A stretch of DNA of 50,058 nucleotides from Gammaproteobacteria bacterium (GTDB taxonomy: Bacteria; Pseudomonadota; Gammaproteobacteria; SZUA-229), in contig QIDK01000044.1 in the NCBI GenBank assembly GCA_003228405.1, positions 1-50,058 of the forward strand. The letters are read 5' to 3'. The position numbers and the translations under genes were made by a program. Under the pieces are notes generated by a model. That model searched no databases. It saw nothing but the letters and a program-made list of their open reading frames with translations, and was not told the origin of the DNA. This document shows positions 7,161 through 17,500 of the stretch, one piece after another (within the stretch, counting starts at the first letter, position 1; the number at the start of each line of letters is the position of its first letter).

Positions 7161-7946
7161 TTATCTGGGCTCGAGCCTGAACTCAGATGGCGAAAGATCC
7201 TGAGTATCAACTGATTTTAATAGCAGGTGTTCGCTAATCTTTTTATCCTGATAATTAATACTTTCAATCACAACCCCCGGCATCTTTTGCTGGTCATAGT
7301 CTATTAGTCTGAACCGGGTGTTTCCCATGGCTAACATCAGTCGGCTTTGCATGCTGTAGTTAAAAGCATAAAAGCTGCGCAATGTGCGGTATTCTTCTGT
7401 GGTCATTTTCAGTGAGCTGGCATCGGCCAGGCAGAAATCCATTAATAATAGAGAATCTTGATATAGCTGGTAAACCTGGCAATTGATGGCATTAATTTCT
7501 TTTTGCTTCGCCGGTTTTTTTATTTTTAGCTGAGTATATTCCCCATACATTTCCGGGTATTTCAATAAATTAATCAGCGATTCTCCAACTTTCCTCTCCT
7601 CAGATTTCATCGTCTGTAATTTGTCTGCCAGCTGCTTTTCAACCTGGGCCAGCTTTTTCAGACGCTGAGCATTCAGCTGGCTAACCCGCTGATCTAAAAT
7701 GGACTCATTAAACATTGAGCTTTTGCCTGAATCAGGGTCGAAGCTAATGAATTGCTGTTTTTTCTGGTTGAACAGGTTAATTCGATTTTGGCCAGACACG
7801 GTGAATTTCAGCTGATCATCTTTTATGCGGTATGTAATAAGGTGTTTGCCCTGCTTGCTTGCCTGGTCTTTTAATATCAGAGTTATGTCTGCAGTCGCGT
7901 AATGGCTGCTAGAAAGTAGTACAATAGATAGTATTATTTTTTTCAT
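7161..7946 (-). CDS. Secreted hypothetical protein with a central coiled-coil
   Basis: Signal peptide MKKIILSIVLLSSSHYATA. AT-rich gene. I recognise no motif. Confidence 0.6.
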   Translation of the reverse strand: MKKIILSIVLLSSSHYATADITLILKDQASKQGKHLITYRIKDDQLKFTVSGQNRINLFNQKKQQFISFDPDSGKSSMFNESILDQRVSQLNAQRLKKLAQVEKQLADKLQTMKSEERKVGESLINLLKYPEMYGEYTQLKIKKPAKQKEINAINCQVYQLYQDSLLLMDFCLADASSLKMTTEEYRTLRSFYAFNYSMQSRLMLAMGNTRFRLIDYDQQKMPGVVIESINYQDKKISEHLLLKSVDTQDLSPSEFRLEPR

Positions 7947-7972
7947 TATGTTATCCAGAATAGATTTATCCT

Positions 7973-8881
7973 ATGAGTAGAGAACGCATACAGAAAGCTC
8001 TGGCCCGACAGGGGCTTGGTTCACGTCGCCAAATTGAGAGCTGGATTAAAGACGGCCTGATTAAGCTCAATGGTGAGCTTGTCGAGCTGGGGCAGCTGGT
8101 TGAAAGTGGCGACACGGTAATGTACAGCGGTCGTAAAATTATTATTCGTGATATACATAAGACTTTGCCACGGGTATTAATGTATCACAAGCCTGAAGGT
8201 GAAGTTTGTACACGAAATGACCCGGAAGGCCGACCAACGATCTTTGATAAGGCGCCGGGTTTAAAACATAGCCGGTGGATTGCGGTAGGCCGACTGGATA
8301 TCAATACATCCGGCTTAATTCTGCTGACTGATGATGGCGACCTGGCAAACAAACTGATGCATCCTTCGAGTCAGTTACAGCGAGAATATGCGGTACGGGT
8401 TATGGGCAGAGCCAGCCCTGAACAGCTTAAAAAGCTGACTCACGGGGTTGAGCTGGAAGATGGCACGGCACGTTTTGAAGATATTGTAGAAACCCGTGCT
8501 GAAGATGAGCATGGGGTAAAATCATCCAGCTTTAACCGTTGGTATCATGTGGTATTAATGGAAGGTCGTAACCGTGAGGTGCGACGCATGTGGGAAGCCG
8601 TCGATCTTAAAGTGAGCCGCTTGATGCGGGTACGCTATGGTTCGGTGATGATGACCAAAAGTAATCGGCCGGGTCGATATTATGAACTGGAGTCAAAAGA
8701 CATACGTGAACTGGCAGAACTGTCAGGTATTGTCTATGATAAATCTTTGAGGTCAGGAAAACCCATAAAGAAAGATTTTAGAATGTCGGGGCGTAAACCG
8801 ACAGGCCAGCGTGGGCGAGGGGGGGCTGTTAAAAAAGTATCGGTCAGTAAACGCAGGGTAAATCATGAAAAACGTCGTTAA
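7973..8881 (+). CDS. rluB: 23S rRNA pseudouridine synthase B
   Basis: N-terminal S4 domain (ERIQKALARQGLGSRRQIESWIKDG). The catalytic GRLDINTSGLILLTDDG motif is present, and there is a Lys/Arg-rich C-terminal tail as in RluB. Confidence 0.9.
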   Translation: MSRERIQKALARQGLGSRRQIESWIKDGLIKLNGELVELGQLVESGDTVMYSGRKIIIRDIHKTLPRVLMYHKPEGEVCTRNDPEGRPTIFDKAPGLKHSRWIAVGRLDINTSGLILLTDDGDLANKLMHPSSQLQREYAVRVMGRASPEQLKKLTHGVELEDGTARFEDIVETRAEDEHGVKSSSFNRWYHVVLMEGRNREVRRMWEAVDLKVSRLMRVRYGSVMMTKSNRPGRYYELESKDIRELAELSGIVYDKSLRSGKPIKKDFRMSGRKPTGQRGRGGAVKKVSVSKRRVNHEKRR

Positions 8882-9893
8882 TCTATTTATTTTACTGTTG
8901 TTATCTGTCAGTCTGCCTGCCGGTGCCAAATCTGAAGGCAGCCTGTCTGCAGGCATGGTTAATCCGGGACATGAAGAACAGCCTGCCTGGTTTAAAAACT
9001 CATTTCTTGATTTAGACGAAGATATAAAAGAAGCACAGGCGTCGGGTAAACGTCTGCTGGTGTTCTTTTATCAGGATGGCTGCCCCTATTGCAAGAAACT
9101 CTTACAGGATAATTTTGGACAAAGAGATATTGCTGATAAAACCAGAAATAATTTTGATGTGGTGGCGCTGAATATATGGGGGGATAGAGAGCTTAGTTTT
9201 GGTGATATTGAAACCACTGAAAAAGATTTTGCCGCCCGTTTAAAAGTGATGTACACACCAACACTTATTTTCTTTAATGAAGAAGGTAAGGCAGTATTAC
9301 GTACCAATGGCTATTATTATCCAGCTAAATTTAATGTGGCTTTAGATTATGTGCTGGAGCGGCATGATAAAAAGGAAAAATTCAGATCCTACTTATCCCG
9401 GCTGGCACCGGCTAAATCGCAGGGTAAAATTTATAAGGAAGTTGAAACCTTAACGGCGCCTTATGATTTTAGTCAGAGATCAGCTAAATATCGTCTAATT
9501 ATGTTTGAACAGAAACAGTGTGTCGAATGTGATGAACTACATAATGATATTCTCAAGCGCAAGGCCTCTATACAACAGTTAAAAAAATATGATGTTGCAG
9601 TGCTTGATATGTGGTCAGAAGATAAAATTACCCGCCCCAATGGTAAAAAAACGAGTATTAAAAAATGGGCACAGGAGTTAAATATTCAATATGCACCGAG
9701 TATGGTTTATTTTGATCCGGCAGGTAAAGAAGTGTTTAGAAGTGACGCCTATTTAAAAGCATTTCATATACAGTCAGTTATGGATTATATATCAAGTGAA
9801 GCCTATAAAACCGAGGCTAATTTCCAACGATATATCGAAGTCCGTGCTGACTATTTGCGTAAGCAGGGTGTAGAAATTGATTTAATGAAATAG
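8865..9893 (+). CDS. Periplasmic two-domain thioredoxin-fold protein
   Basis: Signal peptide, with CPYC in the first half and CVEC in the second half. It overlaps the rluB 3' end by 17 nt. Confidence 0.7.
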   Translation: MKNVVNLFILLLLSVSLPAGAKSEGSLSAGMVNPGHEEQPAWFKNSFLDLDEDIKEAQASGKRLLVFFYQDGCPYCKKLLQDNFGQRDIADKTRNNFDVVALNIWGDRELSFGDIETTEKDFAARLKVMYTPTLIFFNEEGKAVLRTNGYYYPAKFNVALDYVLERHDKKEKFRSYLSRLAPAKSQGKIYKEVETLTAPYDFSQRSAKYRLIMFEQKQCVECDELHNDILKRKASIQQLKKYDVAVLDMWSEDKITRPNGKKTSIKKWAQELNIQYAPSMVYFDPAGKEVFRSDAYLKAFHIQSVMDYISSEAYKTEANFQRYIEVRADYLRKQGVEIDLMK

Positions 9894-9924
9894 TATTTAA
9901 AATAGCCACAGTAACTCCATATAA

Positions 9925-10917
9925 ATGAATTCCTATTCCAATATCCCCACCAATATCATCTGCGGATTTCTCGGTGTCGGCAAAACTACAGCCATACAGC
10001 ATTTATTAAAATGCAAACCCGATAATGAACGCTGGGCCGTAATTGTTAATGAGTTTGGCCAAATCGGTATTGATGGTGCTTTGCTGCGATCTGACTCGGT
10101 TGAAATAAAAGAAATTGCAGGGGGCTGTCTGTGCTGTGTAGGCAGCCAGTCTTTAAGTGTCGGCTTAAATCAGATAATTCGCAATATCAAGCCGCATCGA
10201 ATTCTTATTGAACCGACAGGTCTGGGGCATCCGGCAAAATTAATCGATGCTTTAACGGCAGGGTTTTATAAAACGGTGCTTGATGTAAAGGCCATTATAA
10301 ATTTGTTAGATGCACGCCAGTTAACGGATAAGCGCTATACTGAGAATGAAATATTTATAGATCAGTCAGGCCTTGCTGATGTATTAATAGCAAATAAACT
10401 GGATGTCTATTCTGATACAGATAAGCAGAATTTCTATGCTTATGTCATGTCTTTTCAGCCGCCAAAAACTAAGGTCGCCATGGTAGATCAGGGGCAGTTG
10501 CAATTAGCGTGGTTAAATCTAAATCGACTGGATAACAGGCAGGCAGAATTTACTCAGTCACATCAGCACCACCATCATCAGCAACAGCATAAGGCTAATA
10601 ACAGTCAAAACTGGTTGATGGTTGAAGGTCGGGGGAGTGGTTATATGAGCACAGGCTGGAGAATAAATAAACAGTTTCAGTTTATAAAAAGTAACATACC
10701 AGACTGGTTAAAGTCTGTTTTTGAAGAGTCATCGGTAGAGCGTGTTAAAGGCCTTATGCATACTGATAAAGGCTGGCTATCAATAAATCATAGCCGCCAT
10801 GAGCAGCAAATTTTAAACACTGAGGCACATGATGCTTCTATTCTGGAAGTTATTTCATCGGGTCATTTAAATTCTAATTTGCTTAATGAGCAATTAAAAG
10901 CTCAGCTGGTTAAATGA
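9925..10917 (+). CDS. COG0523/CobW-family G3E GTPase (putative metal chaperone)
   Basis: Walker A GFLGVGKTT, the GGCLCCV (CxCC) metal motif, and a His/Gln-rich stretch HQHHHHQQQH between the GTPase and C-terminal domains. Confidence 0.85.
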   Translation: MNSYSNIPTNIICGFLGVGKTTAIQHLLKCKPDNERWAVIVNEFGQIGIDGALLRSDSVEIKEIAGGCLCCVGSQSLSVGLNQIIRNIKPHRILIEPTGLGHPAKLIDALTAGFYKTVLDVKAIINLLDARQLTDKRYTENEIFIDQSGLADVLIANKLDVYSDTDKQNFYAYVMSFQPPKTKVAMVDQGQLQLAWLNLNRLDNRQAEFTQSHQHHHHQQQHKANNSQNWLMVEGRGSGYMSTGWRINKQFQFIKSNIPDWLKSVFEESSVERVKGLMHTDKGWLSINHSRHEQQILNTEAHDASILEVISSGHLNSNLLNEQLKAQLVK

Positions 10918-11672
10918 TGCCAGAACAAACCTTAAAAATACTAACATATAATATTCATAAAGGGTTTAGCCCGGGTAATCGACGCTTTGTTTTGCATCAG
11001 ATAAAATCTGCTTTACAGGCAATTGATGCGGATGTGGTTTTTCTGCAGGAGATACAGGGAGACCACAAAGTTAAGTCATCTCAATATCAGAACTGGCCTG
11101 ATGAAAGTCAGTTTGAATTTCTGGCAGACCAAATCTGGCCGCATCACGCATATGGTAAAAACGCTATTTATAAATCCGGGCATCATGGTAATGCGATTTT
11201 GAGTAAATTTCCATTTATAGAATGGAATAATATTGATGTGTCTTATATGCAATCAGCTAGCCGTAGTCTTTTGCATGGTGTTATTGGCCTGTCTGGCCCG
11301 ATGCCGCCGATTCATGTTATCTGTGTGCACCTGGGTCTGTTTGCGGCTGAACGTCAGCAGCAGCTAAAGAAGCTGGTGCGCAGAATAAATGATCACATTC
11401 CGCTACATGAGCCACTTATTATTGCGGGTGACTTTAATGACTGGCAGGGTAGAACAGAAAACCATTTGTGCCGTGAACTGGAAATGTTTGAGGTGTTTAA
11501 ATCTGAGAAGGGAGGGCATGCAAGAACATTCCCTGCCTGGTTACCCATGCTGGCAATGGATAGAATTTACTGCCGGGGATTAAAAGTAAAGCATACCCAG
11601 CGCCTGCATGATAAACCCTGGAGAGGTTTATCTGATCATCTGCCACTACTGGCTGAGTTTGGTTTGTTATAG
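10914..11672 (+). CDS. Endonuclease/exonuclease/phosphatase (EEP) family protein
   Basis: LKILTYNIHKG at the N-terminus, an internal GDFND motif and a C-terminal SDHLPL motif. There is an ATGA start/stop overlap with the preceding gene. Confidence 0.8.
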   Translation: MMPEQTLKILTYNIHKGFSPGNRRFVLHQIKSALQAIDADVVFLQEIQGDHKVKSSQYQNWPDESQFEFLADQIWPHHAYGKNAIYKSGHHGNAILSKFPFIEWNNIDVSYMQSASRSLLHGVIGLSGPMPPIHVICVHLGLFAAERQQQLKKLVRRINDHIPLHEPLIIAGDFNDWQGRTENHLCRELEMFEVFKSEKGGHARTFPAWLPMLAMDRIYCRGLKVKHTQRLHDKPWRGLSDHLPLLAEFGLL

Positions 11673-12420
11673 GCAGCCTCTGATCAATTCGGCTTAATCA
11701 GAGATTTCCTGGGTAAAATGCATTACATCAACAGATCTGGGTCTGAGTTGAATGGCACTTAACTTAAGCCCAAGAAAAAGACAACGCAAAAATGCAAATA
11801 ACCGCGAATGAACGCAACAATATTAATTTATATGATGGCACAGTTGTTGGGCTTCGTGCCTCACAGCCCAACCTACAGGGAATCCTTTCACAGTCTCTTC
11901 AGCGTCAACTTACGAAAACCTGCTGTGTGGCTTATGTATTTATTAATCGGGCTTAAGAGTATGACAAATCTCGGGTCTTAATTCTTTTACTAGTAGGTTG
12001 GCGGTGAGTTTATGAACCCCAACAATAACGCTGAGATCTGAATGGCTTTTATATAAGTCAATAAAAAAAATCACAAATAACACTGTATTATTTCCAGAGA
12101 AACTGCAATTCTCTGTAGTCGATATCAGACGAATCCACAAAACTCAAATTCCCATTAAAGATAATACGCTGGTTTTAAAACAAAAGTACGCTTCGATATT
12201 AGCTTTTTTTAAGCCTGACGGGTCATATATAAGTAACTAAGGTGAATTAAGCTAGCACCAGGCGGCTTTAATAATATGTCCTGATCGGCACAATCTATTT
12301 TCTCTGTAGAGGTGATCTTTAAGATTGTGATATAAAGGCATTAATGAATTTAAAATAACTGGACACTCGGTCATTTATGTAATATAAATAACTGACCAAC
12401 TGGTAATATAAATTATAAAA

Positions 12421-13086
12421 ATGATATGCAATCACAAATCTAAGTCTGGCTGTCGCTGGAAGCGTCGCAAAGATGCCCGTCCAGAGGAGATTCTGGATGC
12501 AGCACTGCAGCTTTTTACCGAAAAAGGCTTCAGCTCAACCCGAATGATAGATGTGGCCAGGGCTGCAGGCATTTCCAAGGGAACTCTGTATCTGTACTTT
12601 GACAATAAGGAGTCGATTTTCAGGGATGTGGTGAAACAGCGTATCACCCCGCAGTTAGATAAGGTTGAATCGCTGGTTGATCATTTTGAAGGGTCTGAGG
12701 CGGAACTGCTGCGCAATCTTATCAATGGCTGGTGGATGAGTATTGCCTGTACCCCGCTTTCTGCAATTCCTAAAATTATTGTTTCTGAATCGGGTAATTT
12801 TCCCGAACTGGCCGAGTATTTTACCCAGAATGTGGTTATTCGGTCGCGCAATCTGTTTAGTAAAGTGATAAGCCGAGGCATGATAAGCGGTGAATTTAAA
12901 CGTTATGAAGCAGAAACCGTCGCCCGGCTTGTGGTTGCACCACTGGTGCAGGCAACCATCTGGATGCATTCATTGAAGCCCTATGATGATGACTCAGGGA
13001 CACAAAATTATTTGCAGCTGCATACGGAATTTATTCTCAATAATCTGCTCAAAAACCCAGCTGTTAAATTACCCGGCGATCATTAG
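12421..13086 (+). CDS. TetR/AcrR family transcriptional regulator
   Basis: HTH region FSSTRMIDVARAAGISKGTLYLYFDNKESIF. It lies directly upstream of the efflux genes. Confidence 0.85.
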   Translation: MICNHKSKSGCRWKRRKDARPEEILDAALQLFTEKGFSSTRMIDVARAAGISKGTLYLYFDNKESIFRDVVKQRITPQLDKVESLVDHFEGSEAELLRNLINGWWMSIACTPLSAIPKIIVSESGNFPELAEYFTQNVVIRSRNLFSKVISRGMISGEFKRYEAETVARLVVAPLVQATIWMHSLKPYDDDSGTQNYLQLHTEFILNNLLKNPAVKLPGDH

Positions 13087-13100
13087 AAAATGGAATCACT

Positions 13101-14561
13101 ATGATATATAAAAACCTGGAAAAATGTTTTATGTTTTTAATACTATGCGGGTCATTAAACGTGTCGGCAGAAAGCATGAGCTTAGAGCAGGTTTTACAGA
13201 GAGTTGTAGATCATTACCCTTCCATAAGGTCTGCTGCAATTCAGGTAGAAAAAGCCAGACAGGAAAACATAAAAGTCGAGAGTCAGTTATCGTGGATACT
13301 CGAGGGTAATGCGGCGTATAACCGCGAAACCAGTGTATTTGGAACCGCGACCGATCGTTATAATATGGGAGGCAGCGTTAATAGAAACCTTGCTAATGGT
13401 GGTTTACTAGGGATTAATGCAAATATTACACAGGATTTTGCCAGGGATATTTTTGTGCCGACTATACCTAACCCTCTTATTAAATCGCGTTTTGACGTTA
13501 ATTATCGACATAAATTTGAAAAAGGTGCGGGTAATCCAGAATATGCAGAAGGGCTGGAAGCGGCTGAAGTCGGTGAAAAGCTGGCATTAAGTGACAAGCT
13601 TGACCTGTATGACCAGCTGGCTTCTCAGGTTATTGAACTTTATCTTGCCGCAGCAACAACACAGGCACGCATTAAAAACATAAATAAAACAATCCAGCGA
13701 ACCGGGCGTTTAAAAAAATATATTGAAGATGAATTTAAACTGGGATTAAGAGAAGAAAAAGACGTGTTGCAGGTAATCGCGCGATTAAGTATTAATCATG
13801 CCGATAAAAAAAGTTTACGGGTCGTCATGAACAAACAGCTGATTTCACTGAATCGCTTAATGGGTAAGGCATGGCAGTATCAGTTAATTCCAGATGTACA
13901 CATTAATCGTTCACAATCTAAAATATTTGACAAGGTTTATCAACAATCACAGACTCATAGCCCGGGGCTTAAACGCATAGCGGCCAGAATACAGTTAGCA
14001 GATAGCACCATTCGTAGTAGTCGTGATAAACGTAAAGATGAACTGGATCTGGTGTTTTACATCGGTAATGAAGTTAACCAGGGCGATACCTCTACCGAAA
14101 CTGTAAATGAGTCTGAAATAGTTGGTGGCATTAGTCTTGAGTTTAATCGCGGTCTGGATAAAAGTGGTTTTGATGCGGAGCTGCGGCAGGCACATTATGA
14201 CAGAGGCCTGGCCCTGCAGGATAAAAAGCAGATACTGGAAGACCTGCAATATGACATTTCAAGTTTACTGATTGAAATTGATTCCAGTGAAGAAGCACTT
14301 GTTGCTTTTCAGACCAGTGTAAAAGCCGAACAGAAAAAACTTGATGAGGCGGTTAGCCGATATACGGACGGGCGTATAGAAACAGATCGTATAATAGATT
14401 TTGAATCTCAGCTGGCAACCGCTGAGTTATCCCTGGATTTACAGACAATTGAACTGATACGACGTTATCATCAGCTTGATTTAATTCGTGGTGGACTGTG
14501 GAAAAATATATTGTTACCACAGTTTACTTTTGATGAATTTAAGCTGGAGGTAACAGACTAA
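13101..14561 (+). CDS. TolC-family outer membrane efflux protein
   Basis: Signal peptide followed by LSLEQVLQRVVDHYPSIRSAAIQVEKA, a typical OMF start. Size (486 aa) and the repeated coiled-coil halves fit. Confidence 0.8.
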   Translation: MIYKNLEKCFMFLILCGSLNVSAESMSLEQVLQRVVDHYPSIRSAAIQVEKARQENIKVESQLSWILEGNAAYNRETSVFGTATDRYNMGGSVNRNLANGGLLGINANITQDFARDIFVPTIPNPLIKSRFDVNYRHKFEKGAGNPEYAEGLEAAEVGEKLALSDKLDLYDQLASQVIELYLAAATTQARIKNINKTIQRTGRLKKYIEDEFKLGLREEKDVLQVIARLSINHADKKSLRVVMNKQLISLNRLMGKAWQYQLIPDVHINRSQSKIFDKVYQQSQTHSPGLKRIAARIQLADSTIRSSRDKRKDELDLVFYIGNEVNQGDTSTETVNESEIVGGISLEFNRGLDKSGFDAELRQAHYDRGLALQDKKQILEDLQYDISSLLIEIDSSEEALVAFQTSVKAEQKKLDEAVSRYTDGRIETDRIIDFESQLATAELSLDLQTIELIRRYHQLDLIRGGLWKNILLPQFTFDEFKLEVTD

Positions 14562-17500
14562 TGCAGTCGATCATTCGCTATCTGGTCACCCGGGGCCTGG
14601 TTGTAAATTTAGTCTCTGTGTTTCTTCTGGCAGTCGGCATAGCCGTCTCCATTTCATATATACAGGTAGAAGCTTTTCCAAATGTTAACCTGGATCTTAT
14701 ACAAATCGATATTGTCTACCCGGGGGCATCTCCCGCTGAAGTTGAGCAATTAATCATTACGCCTATTGAGCAGGAATTAAGGGCCATCAATGGCATAGAT
14801 AAAATGATTTCTATGGCATTCCCCGGATCCGGGCGTATTTCTATGGAGGTTGATCCGAACGCCAGTAATCGAGACCGTCTCACATCTGATATATCTCTTG
14901 CGGTTGATCGCGCAAGCTTACCTACCGATTTAGCGGATGACCCATTTGTGACAGAAGTTGATGGTTCGGTCTTTCCAATACTGCGCATTGCTATATCTGC
15001 AGATCGCACTGAGCTGGAACTAAAAAGATTAGGCGATGAGATTAAAGAAGAGCTACTGGCGATTGAGGGTGTTGCAAAAGTACAGCTGCTTAGTGATCGA
15101 AAAGCAGAATACAGTATTGAGGTTGACCCTGAAAAATTACGTCAGACTCGAATATCGGTTGACCAGATTTCACAGGTACTGCGCGGCTGGAATTTAAATA
15201 CACCCGGGGGTGAAATAGATACTCCGGATGGGCAAAAAGCGGTGCGTATAGTTGGTGAGTTTTCCAGCATAGAGGATGCAGGAAATATTGTTATACGCGC
15301 TAATGCCAGAGGGGATTCCGTATTACTGGGTGATATTGCAGATATAAAAGAAGCACTGGAAAAACCGAGAACTTTGCATGATGTACAGGGAGAGTCGGCT
15401 GTCTCCATGTTGATTTTAAAAAGATCAGATGCGGATATTATTGACACTGTTGACCGGATAAAACCATACCTTGATACCATAAAAAATCGCTATGGAGATG
15501 ACATAACCATTAAACCATTCCAGGATTTTTCCCGATTTGCGCGTATGCGTTTAGCGGTCTTAACCAATAATGGTCTGGTAGGTGTGTTTTTAGTTTTTAT
15601 TTCATTGCTTATATTTCTGCGCTTTTCAGTTGCAATGACGACTACCTGGGGGCTGCCTATTATTTTCATGGCAGGAGTAACGGTAATTTACATTGCCGGC
15701 ATGACACTGAATCTGATATCTATGATGGGTTTTATTATGGTGTTAGGCATGCTGGTAGATGATGCAATTATTATAGGTGAAAATATTACCTATCATATGG
15801 AAAAAGGTTTAAATCCGGTAGAGGCTGCGGTAAAAGGTTCGGTTGAATTAATTGGGCCAGTAACAACAACCATCTTAACTACAATTGCCGCTTTTTTACC
15901 AATGATGTTTATGTCGGGAATCATTGGTAAATTTGTTGTAGCTATTCCCATTGTGGTTATAAGTTTGTTGATACTTTCCTGGCTGGAATCTTTCTTTATG
16001 TTGCCTAGCCATGTGGTTCATGTAACTAACCCGAATAAACATCCAAAAGAGCGTGCATGGTTACTTGCTCTGGAAAATTCGTATGGCTGGATGCTGGAAA
16101 AAGCCATCCATTTCCGTTGGACAACTGTATTTATTTCATTTCTTATACTTACAGGTGCATTGGTTCTGGCTAAACAAAGTCTGCAGTTTCAATTATTTCC
16201 TCCTGTGGGTGTGGAAGAATATATGATGCGAGTCACCGCTCATCCGGGAACATCAATAAAGGAAATGCGCCAAATTTTACGCCTTATTGATGAGGACATG
16301 CGTGACCAGACAAACCCGGATTATCTGGAAGCAACGGTGGCGCAAAGCGGAGACATATCAATGGATCAGGGTGATCCATTAACTCAGCGTGGAAGTCGTT
16401 ACGGACAGATTCGGGCAATTTACATACCCGCAGTGAGTCGCGTCGGACATGATGCGCGTGACGATATGAATAGACTTACAAAGTTTTTGAAAGATAAATA
16501 TTCGCAGCTGGATATTTCATCCACCCTGATATCGAGTGGGCCACCGCTCGGTCGGGCGCTGGAGGCGGAAATTAGTGGCTTTAACACAAAATCGAGTGAA
16601 CAGGCTGCACAACAACTTATGGATTTTCTGTTAACAGTTGAAGGAGTTACAACCATTGATAGTGGTTTAAAACCCGGTGATGCAGAATTGCATGTAGTGT
16701 TAGATCGAAAACTAGCCGCTTATGCCGGTATCGATCTGGCTATTGTTTCGCGACATATTCGAGCGGCAGCCGATGGCTTAATTGTATCTACCATTCGAAA
16801 AGGTACTGAAGAAATTAATGTGACTATTCGCTTTCCTTCTAAGGGGGCAGGTGAGCTTGAACAAATTCAGAATGTATTAATACCGAATGCCCGGGGTGGT
16901 TTAATCCCCCTGAATAAAATTGCTAAACTGGAAGAACATAATGGTTATACAACAATTCGCCATAAAGATGGTATTCGTATTGTTAATGTTGTTGCAGATG
17001 TTGATGCTGATATTTTATCCAGTTTAAAATTAAATAAAATTGTTCAGAATAATGAAGCAGTCTGGTTGAAAGGAATTAATGAAAATATTACTGTTAACTA
17101 TGGCGGTGAGCAGGAGAAAAGCTTTGAGTCATTTGTAAGTTTAGGCAAGGCATTTATAGTAGCAATCGTCGCTATATTTTTTATTCTGGCGATTCAGTTT
17201 AACAATATGATATATCCTGTACTGGTAATGCTGGCTATTCCATTTGGTGCAATAGGTGTAATTATTAGTTTTTATCTACACGATATTTTCTGGAAACCCA
17301 TGCCCCTGTCATTCTTTTCAACCATGGGCATGGTTGCCTTAACCGGAGTAGTGGTCAATAGTTCGCTGATACTTCTAGTGTTTATTCAACGTGCCCGTAA
17401 GCAGGGAATGATCATTAAAGACGCTATTTTACAGGCAGGTCGTCGACGTTTGCGAGCGGTGTTACTAACAGCGGCTACTACCGTTGTTGGTTTATTACCA

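Noticed and set aside
11943-12140. 65-aa minus-strand ORF in the gene desert
   Set aside because: It lies in AT-rich sequence, with no RBS and no recognisable motif, and it is surrounded by repeat fragments. It is most likely a chance ORF.
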